A DNA stretch of 64,000 nt from a virus (taxonomy: Duplodnaviria > Heunggongvirae > Uroviricota > Caudoviricetes), in the IMG/VR virus record IMGVR_UViG_2627854143_000002; one strand, 5' to 3'. The notes under the pieces were generated by a model, which worked only from the letters and a program-made list of their open reading frames with translations, did no database searches and had not been told where the DNA came from. Positions 36,958 to 46,832 of the stretch are shown piece by piece. Each line of letters begins with the position of its first letter. Within the stretch, counting starts at the first letter, position 1. Position numbers and translations under genes: made by a program.

Positions 36958-38076
36958 TTGAGCCTTCCTAGCATCGACGCGAATATGGATCAGAATTTTC
37001 TCGAATGGGCAAAGGCCAATCAGGGCAAAGCGCTGGTGCCCAATGGTCTTTTGGAACCTCGCTACGCAACCGGTGGAATCGGAGCTGCCGTCGTCGTGCG
37101 CGCGTCGCTCTATTTTGAGCGTGCATTCGATCCCGCCGTCCGCGCGGCGGTTGCCGACTGTTTCGACGACTACTGTGCTGTACCCGAATGCAAATTGACG
37201 TTCCTATGGAGTAACGGGAAGGCGGCGCAGCCGTTCGCGCGAGCCAAGCCTCTGCGTGCAGCAGCCAGTAGGCTCGGTCCTGAGGACCGTTTCGACTTCT
37301 GCTACGTTGGCGGGGAGCAAGCCTCGGACGCAAGTTTTTGGAGATTCGAGGTCGTGGGTCAGCGCCAGTGGCAAGAGAAGATGGGCAATCGCGGTCTCAA
37401 CTCCCTTGCGTTCTCATGGCCGGTTGTGGCTGTCCAAGAGAACCCCGATGCCTTCGCAAAACTGTTCTTTGATGCTGCGCGCCGCTTAGATGCCGTTCAA
37501 GGTCAGGCGGGCTTCGCCGTCAACCTTTCCCCGACCGCTCCTCACGAGAATGAGGCGACGGAATACTGGATCGCGCAAATTATGCCGGGGCTCGATGTCG
37601 GCGACCCCGGATCGACTTCAGCCCGCGATCTGAAGGGCAAAATTAAATCCGTCAATTGGCTGACAGCCATCGGCAAGCCCATGTTGGACACCGTCGGCGG
37701 TGTTCGCGCGCTGACGTCGGAACTCCCTCCGAATTGGTTTGCCATTGGTGATTACGGTGCCGGCGTTATCGTCCGTGCGGGCGTATTGCCTGAGTCGGGT
37801 CTCTCCGAGCGCGAGGAGCAACCCCCGTTCTTGCCACCGACCTACGTCGTCCTCGATAAGGCACTGCGGCGCGTGCGAGCGGAAAGCATGGACATTCTTC
37901 AGCGCGGCACGGTCAACGCCGGCGCGCCGGTCTACAACACGCGCGAATCAACGGCAGCGTGGCTGCGCCGCTTCGAGGTGGGCGACAACGAATTGCTCAG
38001 TGCGAAGGCTGCGATTCTCAAAACGCCGCGTTTGCCCAAAGGCTCGATTCCGAGCAGTAGTGGCGATCCAGTCTGA
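36958..38076 (+). CDS. Imm52/DUF3396-like immunity protein
   Basis: Position immediately after the toxin; resembles DUF3396 immunity family; start may be ATG 36985. Confidence 0.5.
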   Translation: MSLPSIDANMDQNFLEWAKANQGKALVPNGLLEPRYATGGIGAAVVVRASLYFERAFDPAVRAAVADCFDDYCAVPECKLTFLWSNGKAAQPFARAKPLRAAASRLGPEDRFDFCYVGGEQASDASFWRFEVVGQRQWQEKMGNRGLNSLAFSWPVVAVQENPDAFAKLFFDAARRLDAVQGQAGFAVNLSPTAPHENEATEYWIAQIMPGLDVGDPGSTSARDLKGKIKSVNWLTAIGKPMLDTVGGVRALTSELPPNWFAIGDYGAGVIVRAGVLPESGLSEREEQPPFLPPTYVVLDKALRRVRAESMDILQRGTVNAGAPVYNTRESTAAWLRRFEVGDNELLSAKAAILKTPRLPKGSIPSSSGDPV

Positions 38077-38208
38077 TGCATCGGCAGTTCGCCGCGCCGC
38101 TCCCGTTTTGGGCGGGCAGTAGGTGGCCGGCGAGAGTGGCGATCGCCACAGTCGAGCAGGTATTCGCATCTCATCGGGAAAGTTCTGGTCGTTCATCTTT
38201 TGTCCCTG

Positions 38209-38850
38209 CTACGTGATGCGATAGAACGCCTCTTCGCCGCGCTCGACTTCAAGGATGCGCTTTAACTGGTCGAGCGCGAATAGCTCCATCCCACGTTTCT
38301 CTGCCTCAGCTCGAGCTGCGTCGACGAGCTTTTGCGATTTTCCAACAATGTTGTTTCGCAAATATGCGATCTCGAGAGCCATGCGTTGCTCGAGCGTATG
38401 CCGGCCGACCTTCTTGCCTTCCTCGAGACGCCATTTTTCGCGCAGTTCAGCCCACGTTACCCGCTGAAATTGCGGGACTGATTTCGGCGATGCGCCGGGC
38501 GGCGCGTCGTCTGGCGACTCCCAGCGCTTAGACTTGAGCTCTTCGCGGGCACGCCACTCGTCCGAAAAGGGCGCGACCGGTTCTCGCATACGGGCGAATG
38601 GGGCGGCACGATCGATTTCCTTCTCGACAATGTAGCCAAGCCTCCGTAGCGGCGCCCCATACTCGAGCAACGACGGATCAATTGCGCGTGCCCGCCGCGA
38701 CGCATCTGCGATGCAACTGCGGAGCTCCCACAACGTGAGGCGTTGGTGTTGAACTTCGAGAATCAGCCGTTGGACGTCTGCATACGTGCAGCGCGTCCAC
38801 CACTCGGTCATCTCGGGTAGTTTGGGAGGGTTGAACGGTGGCAGGATCAT
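38209..38850 (-). CDS. hypothetical protein
   Basis: 213 aa. Confidence 0.4.
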   Translation of the reverse strand: MILPPFNPPKLPEMTEWWTRCTYADVQRLILEVQHQRLTLWELRSCIADASRRARAIDPSLLEYGAPLRRLGYIVEKEIDRAAPFARMREPVAPFSDEWRAREELKSKRWESPDDAPPGASPKSVPQFQRVTWAELREKWRLEEGKKVGRHTLEQRMALEIAYLRNNIVGKSQKLVDAARAEAEKRGMELFALDQLKRILEVERGEEAFYRIT

Positions 38851-38935
38851 TTCGTAATACGAGAAAACCTGTAATTTTATACAGTATATCTTGGACTATG
38901 ATGAAGTGATCCATCCCCTGAAAAGAGGTGCCGTC

Positions 38936-39640
38936 GTGTGCACCACCTATCGCGCCCCTGACGAAGATCCGGGTATCAGCGAGCTCCGGCTTGGTCTGAT
39001 CGACCTATGGAAGAGAACGCCTTGGGAGTTGGAGATTTACCCGGACTATCTCGCGCCTACGGTGGCGATGATCGACGGGCGCGTCGAGGCGTTCCTCGCG
39101 GGGTTCGGCTACTGGCCGCGCGCCTTGCAGAAAGCAAACATCGAGAGAGCGAAGGTCGAGGGCAAAGTGCCGCCGATCATGCGTAGCACGATGAACGTGC
39201 GCGACGACAATCTCGGACGATCGCCGCTTTACGGGCCGGCATGGCGCGCGGGGCGCCGCTGTTTGATTCCGGCGCAGTGGATTTACGAACCGTGCTACGA
39301 GACCGGTCGAAATGTCTGGCATCGAATCGGCCTGATGGGCTGGCGGCCCTATTGCGTTGCAGGGATCTGGCGTACGCTGACGGGCGCGGATGGGAACGAT
39401 CTGCACACGATGGCGATGATCACCGTCAACGCCGAGGGCGATCCCATCATGTCGCGCATGCATAAGCCCGGAGACGAAAAGCGATCGGTCGTCATACTCC
39501 GGCCGGACGATTGGGAAGAATGGCTGTCGACGTCTAATGTCGAAGCAGCACGCGCGATGCTGCAACTCTATCCGTCTGATGGAATGGTTGCTGACCCAGC
39601 GTCGGGGGCGGAAAAAAATGTCGTTCAGATGGGAAGTTGA
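38936..39640 (+). CDS. SOS-response-associated peptidase (SRAP/YedK, DUF159) with GTG start giving Cys2
   Basis: GTG-TGC start (M)CTTYRAP after AAGAGG RBS; core RRCLIPAQWIYE; C-terminal RPDDWEEWL. Confidence 0.6.
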   Translation: MCTTYRAPDEDPGISELRLGLIDLWKRTPWELEIYPDYLAPTVAMIDGRVEAFLAGFGYWPRALQKANIERAKVEGKVPPIMRSTMNVRDDNLGRSPLYGPAWRAGRRCLIPAQWIYEPCYETGRNVWHRIGLMGWRPYCVAGIWRTLTGADGNDLHTMAMITVNAEGDPIMSRMHKPGDEKRSVVILRPDDWEEWLSTSNVEAARAMLQLYPSDGMVADPASGAEKNVVQMGS

Positions 39641-39822
39641 GCACAAATTGAATTCCACGGGTGTGCTATCGTTTCATACTGACATCAGAGTCCGGGGGGC
39701 GAGCGAAGAGCGAAATGCTCTTCGGTAGATGCGGGGGGCAATTGCGGGGCGACAGTTGATCGACATGAAACTAATCGCGATCGTTCGGCAATAGAGCTAA
39801 GTTCAATATAAGTGAGACCAAT

Positions 39823-40836
39823 ATGGCAGTGGCACTAACTATAAGGGATGAGGGGGATGCATTTTCAGCTCTTCGTCTAATTCTGCAAGGTAAACTCGAA
39901 CAAGTAGATTCGCTCGTATTCGACGGATGGCCAAAGCTACAAATGGACTTAAACGGTCCGAAATTCCGCCAGAGTGTCACGCCAACGGTCATGACGGAGC
40001 TCATCGATCTTCAGCGAGCGATCTATCGTGGATTTGCGTTGGCTCGCTACAATAATCCCGACATCAAGTCGTTGAGCACGGATGAGAAGACGCGGCTCGA
40101 AATGGTCGTAACGGTAGGTCCTGGTTCCTCGTTTCTGGAACCCGATAATATCGTCGAAATCATCAAAGAGTTTATCAAGGGCGTGGGGGACAAGATGGAA
40201 CCCAAGCATTGGATCTGCATAGTTCTCATTTTTACGCTTGGCTATTTCGGCAACACAGCCTACGAACACTATCTTGAATCGCAGAAGGAAGTGAAACTGC
40301 AGCAAGCTAAGAATGATGAGCAGAAGCAGCTAATTAAAGGTATGTTGGATGCATCAAAAGCAAACAACGAGAATGTCAAACTGCTGATTGAGGCGTCCAA
40401 AACCAGTCAGCAAGCAGCTAATGTATACGCCACATCACACGACGCCAATGATGCAAAAACCCGTGTCGCGCGACGTTCGTTGCATGCGAAGATTAATGGT
40501 GTCACATTGACAGGTGAGCAAGCTGCCGCGCTTGTTGCGAATCCGCGGCAGCAAGCGGTCGAAATCCGGATGGACGGAAAATATCGGGTGCTGAAGGTCG
40601 ATAACACTGATCCGCTGTCTTACAAGGTTTCGATTTGGAGTCCGGATACCCGGCAGACAATCACGGCGCAGTTGCAAAACGAAACAGTCACTGGCGAGGC
40701 GCGGAACGTTCTTAGTCGCGCGGTCACGGAGCGTATGCCGGTCGTTCTTCAGGTCAATGCTCGGGAGATTCGGGGCGAGATTCGAGATGCAACAGTCGTG
40801 AAAGTCGAAGAACTTCGTCAATTGGCCGACGAATAG
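39823..40836 (+). CDS. hypothetical membrane protein (1 TM), lower GC
   Basis: 337 aa, TM HWICIVLIFTLGYFG. Confidence 0.45.
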   Translation: MAVALTIRDEGDAFSALRLILQGKLEQVDSLVFDGWPKLQMDLNGPKFRQSVTPTVMTELIDLQRAIYRGFALARYNNPDIKSLSTDEKTRLEMVVTVGPGSSFLEPDNIVEIIKEFIKGVGDKMEPKHWICIVLIFTLGYFGNTAYEHYLESQKEVKLQQAKNDEQKQLIKGMLDASKANNENVKLLIEASKTSQQAANVYATSHDANDAKTRVARRSLHAKINGVTLTGEQAAALVANPRQQAVEIRMDGKYRVLKVDNTDPLSYKVSIWSPDTRQTITAQLQNETVTGEARNVLSRAVTERMPVVLQVNAREIRGEIRDATVVKVEELRQLADE

Positions 40837-41473
40837 TCGAGTCGAAAGCTAAATATCGGTGGATGTTTTTTGCCTTTACCTGACTTTTCACTGTCCCTAT
40901 CTACAGCATTGACGAACTCATAAACTCGTATGGCGTCGCTGGCGGATTCGTTGTCTATCGGCTGATCTTGTACATAGTGGGATGAGTTCGTACAATTTAT
41001 CCCGTGCCAAGACGGGCTCGTCAAGCTTTAATAATAGGGATGGACTGCACTTTTCGGACTAAAACTGGGGTAGCACGGAGTCTAGGGGTTGTTTGCATAC
41101 GGAATGCACATGCGAATGCCCGAAATCGCCTGTATGGCGGCGGCGCGCGTTGCTTGTTTGGACGGCCAAACGGCGCTTCTTGCTCCTTGTCATACCGGTG
41201 ATTTCAGGCCTTCCCCTGGAAAGAATTTTTATATTGGGGGTGCCACGAGAACGGCCGCTCGCCGAGTTGCGCTCCTTGCGAATACGTCCAGTATTCGCGG
41301 CGTCCCATGGGGGCTTCCATTGGTCGTTGCGCGTGCCTCGCGAGCAGCCGTTCTCATGACAACGCATGTGCGCTCTATTGTAACAAGCAGACCCTTTGAA
41401 GGAGCGCCGTGATGGAGCGTGATGATGGCCGGCGTCAAGAACTAGATGCAGGCTTAAAAGCGCGGAGGGGTGG

Positions 41474-41878
41474 CTATGTCGCGTAGTGATGATCCGGGTG
41501 TATACGTATCCCTGGTTCGGGTTTGAATCCGTCAGGAACGGAATGCAGACCTTCAGTGAGAAGGACGACACGTCGAACGTTACCATCGAATCCTTGATCG
41601 ACCGCCCAGACGGTAGGCTGATCCAGCGCTTGCTCCACAGAAATGGCCCCATTGCTAAGTTGCAGGAGGATGGCTGCTTTTGTCGGGGCCACGACCAATC
41701 TGACCAGTTGCTCGGTAACGTCAAACGTCGATTCGTAGACCAAATATGCTTGCTGGCCAGTAGGCGAGGCCGGGCAACTTACAAACAGGACTGGGCTGTC
41801 AGCCTCGTAGAGGATTTCGTCGACGGATAAGTTGCCGAACTTGTTGCTCGGCTCCAGTTTTCCTTGTGCGGTCCACAT
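41474..41878 (-). CDS. hypothetical protein (second gene of a two-gene minus-strand pair)
   Basis: 134 aa; 12-bp gap from the upstream gene. Confidence 0.35.
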   Translation of the reverse strand: MWTAQGKLEPSNKFGNLSVDEILYEADSPVLFVSCPASPTGQQAYLVYESTFDVTEQLVRLVVAPTKAAILLQLSNGAISVEQALDQPTVWAVDQGFDGNVRRVVLLTEGLHSVPDGFKPEPGIRIHPDHHYAT

Positions 41879-41889
41879 TGTGGCCTCCG

Positions 41890-42267
41890 CTACTTAAAAA
41901 GTGCAACTCGGTCGGTCCCGTCAAAGGGCCACCAAGTGTGATGACTGAGCTTTCCCGTCTTTGCGACCAAGCCGTCTGCTTGCGTCAGTGTGGCCGTTGC
42001 CATGTGCTGTCCGCCGCCGTTTGGCTGCAGGCCGCGGAAATGGTTTGCATCACGAGTATCCGTGAAGACACTGATCCCGTGGCTTTTGCAAACAGCAGCT
42101 TGGCTTAGGGACTGCCTCACTTGTCGTCCAAGCTCCGCGTAGGACAACAAGTCGCCCGCAGAGGGGGGATTCTGCGTAAAGCGATACACCACGTCGTTCG
42201 CACACGCCCGAACTCCTGGAATCTTGGCGGGGCACCCCGTTGGAAAGCCAGCAGGCAAGGTGGTCAT
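41890..42267 (-). CDS. hypothetical protein (first gene of the pair)
   Basis: 125 aa. Confidence 0.35.
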   Translation of the reverse strand: MTTLPAGFPTGCPAKIPGVRACANDVVYRFTQNPPSAGDLLSYAELGRQVRQSLSQAAVCKSHGISVFTDTRDANHFRGLQPNGGGQHMATATLTQADGLVAKTGKLSHHTWWPFDGTDRVALFK

Positions 42268-42555
42268 TTACCGGCTCTTTCTTGTGTTTGTTGTTCATTC
42301 AACCAGTATAGCAATACAAATTTCGCCGATAGCTGACGTCAACCCTGATAGCGCGATCCGGCTGACGAGATGGCAGCCGAACCAGCTTGGCTCAGAAGGA
42401 ATAGCAATCGCTGGTGAAGGAGGATGACAACTGTGCTTATATACAGCATTCTGAGGTCGGAGCCGATATGGGTTTGAAACCCACGGGAATCTGCGAAGGG
42501 GCGGCTCGCCGATTCGAAATGGGGGTAGGGGCAGGGGTAGGGATAAGATCGGGAA

Positions 42556-44440
42556 GTGGAATCCATAACCGGCGGGCACTTTGGCGTTGTTTTTGAAGTC
42601 CCCTCTCTCCGCCAGAACAATGCCAAGTTACTGATCAGCTTGGAAAATCCCGACAAATCAAGCACCTTGAGCCTGTTGGCCCACGATAAGTGGTACACAG
42701 AGGACTCGGAAGACTTGAAAAACAAACCGGGGTTGGTGTCCCGAAACGGCACCTACTATGCGCGGATGCGCGTACCGACATTGCTCGTCGGACTTCTCCA
42801 AAAGCACGAAGTCAAAATCAGCCTTCGCACGAAGAACCTGAATGAAGCCCGTGCGAAGCTACCCGCCGCACTCGTCGAAATCCACAAACAGTTTGCTGCG
42901 GCTACCAAGGTCGCCGACGCCGTTGCCGCGCCAGCCGAAGATGTCCGACGCGGTACGCTTGAGCAGATTGCCCGCACGTGGTTCGAGCCACGTTGGCGCG
43001 CTACGGGCGAAGCCCTCTGGAAGCCGGCCCCGGCCGGAATGACCGCCGTGGACGCGTTGTGCAACATCGATCCCGAACTCGCCCGTTTGACGCCGCCTGA
43101 CGAAGTGACGTTTGACGAGTACCTGCATCAGGCGCGCGGCCTGCTCGCGGCAGCCGTGTATGCGGAGCCGTCGGGTAGCAGCGTCGAAGTGCTGGCGCAG
43201 TTCATAGTCCGTGGAGAAATCGAGTGCCTCAATAGGAGCCGTCGGTTCTTGGTTGATGGGCGGCTCTACGATGCGATCGAAGACCCGCTGTATCGGCCCA
43301 TAGGCGGCTCCGGTGAGGGTGTCGCGCGTGCAGGTGCGGCTACCGTCCCGAACGGCATCACGATCGATGAGGCGATCAGGCTATTCGAGAACGACACGCA
43401 GCGCGCGAAGCTCAGCAAAAAAATCTCAATGGCTACCAGCATAGTTTCAAGCTGCTACGGGAGATCGTCGGTGGCGACTCGCAATTGAGTGGGTGACCCG
43501 AGAGCACGCCCGAAAGGTGCAGGAAGTGTTCGCGCACTTGCCGACGAATGCGACGAAGCGGTTTCCGGGCATGACGCTGGTGCAAGCCGCACAGCACGCC
43601 GAAAAGAGCGGCCTTCCACCGATTTCCGCGAAGACGGCAGAAGTCCAGCTTGGCAATTTTTCGAGCTTTTTTAGTTGGGCGGTGCGGGAGCACCTCATCG
43701 ATAGAACGCCTGCCGCCGGGTTGCAGCCGCTCCAAGAGAAGCGCAGCAAGGAAGACGGACGCCAGCCGTTCAGTGATGCAGACCTCGTGAAGCTGTTCTC
43801 TGCCGATCTGTTTCGCGGGCCGTATCCCCGTCTCGCCCCCAAGTTGCTGGGACGATACTGGGTGCCGTTGCTCGCGCTCTACCACGGCGCGCGGATGAAC
43901 GAGCTATGCCAGTTGGAAGTAGCGGACGCGGGTGTGGCAGACGGCATCCCCTTCCTCCACATCCGCGAGGAAAGTGCCGCTGATGAGGAGAAGCACCTAA
44001 AAACCCGGAACTCTGAGCGCATCGTCCCCGTTCACCCGGTTCTTCAGCAACTGGGGTTCGTCGAGTACGTTGAAGCGACGCGCGACGCGGGGCACGTGCG
44101 CTTGTTCCCGACTTTGACGAAGAGCGCCACAGGCTACTATTCCGACAACTTTTCGAAGTGGTTCGGCCGGTTCTGCGATAAGTGCGGCGTGACCGACAGC
44201 CGGCTTGCCTTCCACTCGTTCCGGCATGGTTTCAGAGACGCCGCGCGCGCCGCCGATGTCCCAAGTGAGGTGGCGCGCGAATTGGGCGGTTGGTCCGACG
44301 GCGACGACTCCACCAGCGAGGACTACGGCAAGGGCTACACCCTGAGCCGGAAGGCTGCCGAGCTTGCCAAGATTCGCTTTCCCGCCGTCGAAAAGATACT
44401 GCCTCTACAGGGGGTAAACGAGAAACGTCACGATGGATAG
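42556..44440 (+). pseudogene. tyrosine integrase (DUF6538-type N-terminus GTYYARMRVP) split by two 1-nt homopolymer frameshifts (A7 at 43417-43423, G3 at 43491-43493)
   Basis: ORF 42556-43488 (frame 1) has the arm/SAM-like N-terminus; ORF 43493-44440 (frame 2) has the catalytic core HGARMNE...HSFRH...Y; the intervening frame encodes NLNGYQHSFKLLREIVGGDSQLSG. Confidence 0.7.
42598..42619. repeat. att-like direct repeat copy 1 GTCCCCTCTCTCCGCCAGAACA
   Basis: 22/23-nt match to 57418-57440; lies at the 5' end of the integrase gene. Confidence 0.45.
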
Positions 44441-44449
44441 ATCGAGAAC

Positions 44450-45865
44450 ATGGCGACACGCCGGCTGAACGAGGACAACGTACTCATCCGCATGCGTAGC
44501 CGTGCTCCTTATCTGCTGCCTCGCTTTGATGGCGATGCTGAGCTTGCTGTCGAAGCGGCATGTCTCGATCGATTGGAGTTGACACGCGAGTACCTCCTGC
44601 AATCTGTACCGCGCGACTATGGCGGGCCACTCGAACTCGCGCATGACATAGGACACTCGCACCAATCGGCGGTATCGCTCGCACCATTGGACGCATCCTG
44701 CCACGCGTTCGGTGCACGGTCAGAGGGGCGTGGAGAGGGCGCCATTCGGCTCGCGCTCGGGGCCACGGAGGCAGGAAGACGATGGCTAATCGACCTATCG
44801 GTCGAGTTCCGTAACGCGCACCCGGTGCGCGCCACCGGCGTAGACGTGTCTGCGAGAACGCCCGTCCGACTGAAGCTGCGCACCGCCATCAGTCCGACTC
44901 GCCTTGCTGCCCATGCGCAGATGCGCGGTGTTTCTCCAACCTGTACCGATTGGCGAGAGCTGCTCATATCGGATGTGCAGACCTATCGTGCCATTGCAGA
45001 TTCATCCGTTAGCGGGAACCATGACAACTTGCAGCCGACGCAGTTTTTGCAACCGATTTCACTGGTCGGCATGGTCGGCGAGTTGGAACGGTATCTTGCT
45101 GCGATCGATGCGCTGATTGAGCACGTCATTGGCGTCGATCTGCGGGGTGAGCGTCCAGCGCACGGGGCGTGGCTGATGTCGGCGCAGCGGTGGGCAATTA
45201 GGCAGGCCGAGGCGTATTGGGAGTTTGGGCACCTGGATGCCATCGAATACGTCCGCCAGCTTCGCCCGACGTTGTGGACGCTTGGGAATGAGGCGAGCGA
45301 ACGTGCATGGGGGCCCGAGGATGGTCCAGAAACCATCGCATTCACGGCTCGCCTGACGGGGGCAATTCGCTTGGCACTGTATCCGAAGACGACCGACCGC
45401 GTTCGGCTTGAAGTGCGGTACCTGAAGAAGCCACCCGGCAACAGCGATCAGGAGATTCCTGAACGCCTTCAGGGTATTGCCGTCGATGCCGCGCGACGAG
45501 CCAATACAGCCCGCCGGGCAATCGTCGCGCGGTTAAGGGCAGCACCTAACGGAACCATGGGCGGCTCGCTGGATGCGCTGTGCGATCTGACTATGCTGCT
45601 GCAGGACTGCTACCGCGATCGTCCTGACCGCGCTGGCGACATTCTGCGGCTGCTGCTTTCGCGCGGAGGAATTCGCTGCAGAGAGGATGAGTTCCCGGTG
45701 TCGAAGGCCGAGGCTCAGATGCTGAAGAACAGAGGGATCGTGACAACGTCGCCGCTGGCCCGCCACTCCACGACGGGCGATCTCATGTATTCGATCGCTG
45801 CCCGGTATCAGCCGTTGTTCGAACTGTTCTCCGAACTCGGTGACGAGCGACGCGAAGCCCCGTAA
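44450..45865 (+). CDS. hypothetical 471-aa protein immediately downstream of the integrase
   Basis: Long ORF with protein-like composition. Confidence 0.4.
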   Translation: MATRRLNEDNVLIRMRSRAPYLLPRFDGDAELAVEAACLDRLELTREYLLQSVPRDYGGPLELAHDIGHSHQSAVSLAPLDASCHAFGARSEGRGEGAIRLALGATEAGRRWLIDLSVEFRNAHPVRATGVDVSARTPVRLKLRTAISPTRLAAHAQMRGVSPTCTDWRELLISDVQTYRAIADSSVSGNHDNLQPTQFLQPISLVGMVGELERYLAAIDALIEHVIGVDLRGERPAHGAWLMSAQRWAIRQAEAYWEFGHLDAIEYVRQLRPTLWTLGNEASERAWGPEDGPETIAFTARLTGAIRLALYPKTTDRVRLEVRYLKKPPGNSDQEIPERLQGIAVDAARRANTARRAIVARLRAAPNGTMGGSLDALCDLTMLLQDCYRDRPDRAGDILRLLLSRGGIRCREDEFPVSKAEAQMLKNRGIVTTSPLARHSTTGDLMYSIAARYQPLFELFSELGDERREAP

Positions 45866-45872
45866 CCGGTAG

Positions 45873-46148
45873 CTAATCGCTGGCGGAGGTTCGTTTCGCG
45901 TGCTCGCCAAGACGGGCTTCCGCAGCGGCCAAAAACGCGGATGGAGTCACTTCTAGCGCTGCGCATATTTTCCAGATGACGCGAACGCTCGGGCTGTGAC
46001 GACCCAACTCAATCAGCGAGACGTAGTTCCGTTCCATGTCAGCGGCATGGGCGAGCGCTTCCTGCGGCAAGCCTTTCCGCCGTCGCAACGACCGCAACAC
46101 CTCACCTACCGCCTGCTCCGGCTCCAACGCCACGCCCTCAAAATCCAA
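45873..46148 (-). CDS. HTH-XRE (Cro/CI-type) transcriptional regulator
   Basis: QEALAHAADMERNYVSLIELGRHSPSVRVIWKICAAL. Confidence 0.6.
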   Translation of the reverse strand: MDFEGVALEPEQAVGEVLRSLRRRKGLPQEALAHAADMERNYVSLIELGRHSPSVRVIWKICAALEVTPSAFLAAAEARLGEHAKRTSASD

Positions 46149-46339
46149 GACGCTCGACGTTAAGCAGGCGTCACGGGCGCGTCTTCACAAAATATTGGGC
46201 AAAGTGCATCAGCCGGGGTATTCTTGCGCTTGCCGTAAGGCTCACGCGAAAGCACAAACAACCAAGGGCGTCGGCTTGACGTTGAAAGATCGCGCTGCAA
46301 CCTCGCGCCGACCTACGCTCGACAACGACGCAGGAAAGA

Positions 46340-46675
46340 ATGAGAAAAAGACCGATCGCATGCGTTGGCGCTTCCACTGCGCTTCTCTTTTCGCTGTCGG
46401 GGTGCATCTCAACCGAATCGGTTGAACAGAGGCCGCTGACCTTCGCCGCAGAGACCACAAAGAGCGCCGACGTGTACTCGACCTGCGTCTATGAACAATG
46501 GGCCGAGATTACGCCCAATGCGCACCGGTTCTCGCGGTCAAACGGCTATCGGGTGCGAAGTTATACCGGGGCGCTCCTCGATGTCACAACGACAGCGACT
46601 GGCGCGCACGTTGAACTGCGAGAGCCACCGCTCGACTTCTATGCGCAGGAAAACGCGGCAAGAGGCTGCCTATAG
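46340..46675 (+). CDS. lipoprotein
   Basis: Lipobox LFSLSGC. Confidence 0.45.
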   Translation: MRKRPIACVGASTALLFSLSGCISTESVEQRPLTFAAETTKSADVYSTCVYEQWAEITPNAHRFSRSNGYRVRSYTGALLDVTTTATGAHVELREPPLDFYAQENAARGCL

Positions 46676-46832
46676 GCAACAACGGGTCGATGACACAAAA
46701 GGAGGCCCACGTCATCGTTTTTGTGCCTATTTTTGAAACCGGTTGCACAAGCCCGAGGAAATGGCCCCGCACCTCATAACCTTTGCCGGCGCACTCGGAG
46801 AATGGGCAGCCGGCATCTAACGTACGAAGAAC

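Noticed and set aside
41480-41560. Possible tRNA near GGTTCGGGTTTGAATCC.
   Set aside because: The T-loop is interrupted and no cloverleaf can be drawn; it is probably a chance or decayed motif.
42556-42714. Alternative integrase start at TTG 42715, giving (M)KNKPGLVSRNGTYYARMRVP.
   Set aside because: It is attractive because it would put the att-like repeat just upstream of the gene. I could not choose between it and GTG 42556 from sequence alone, so I kept the longer ORF.
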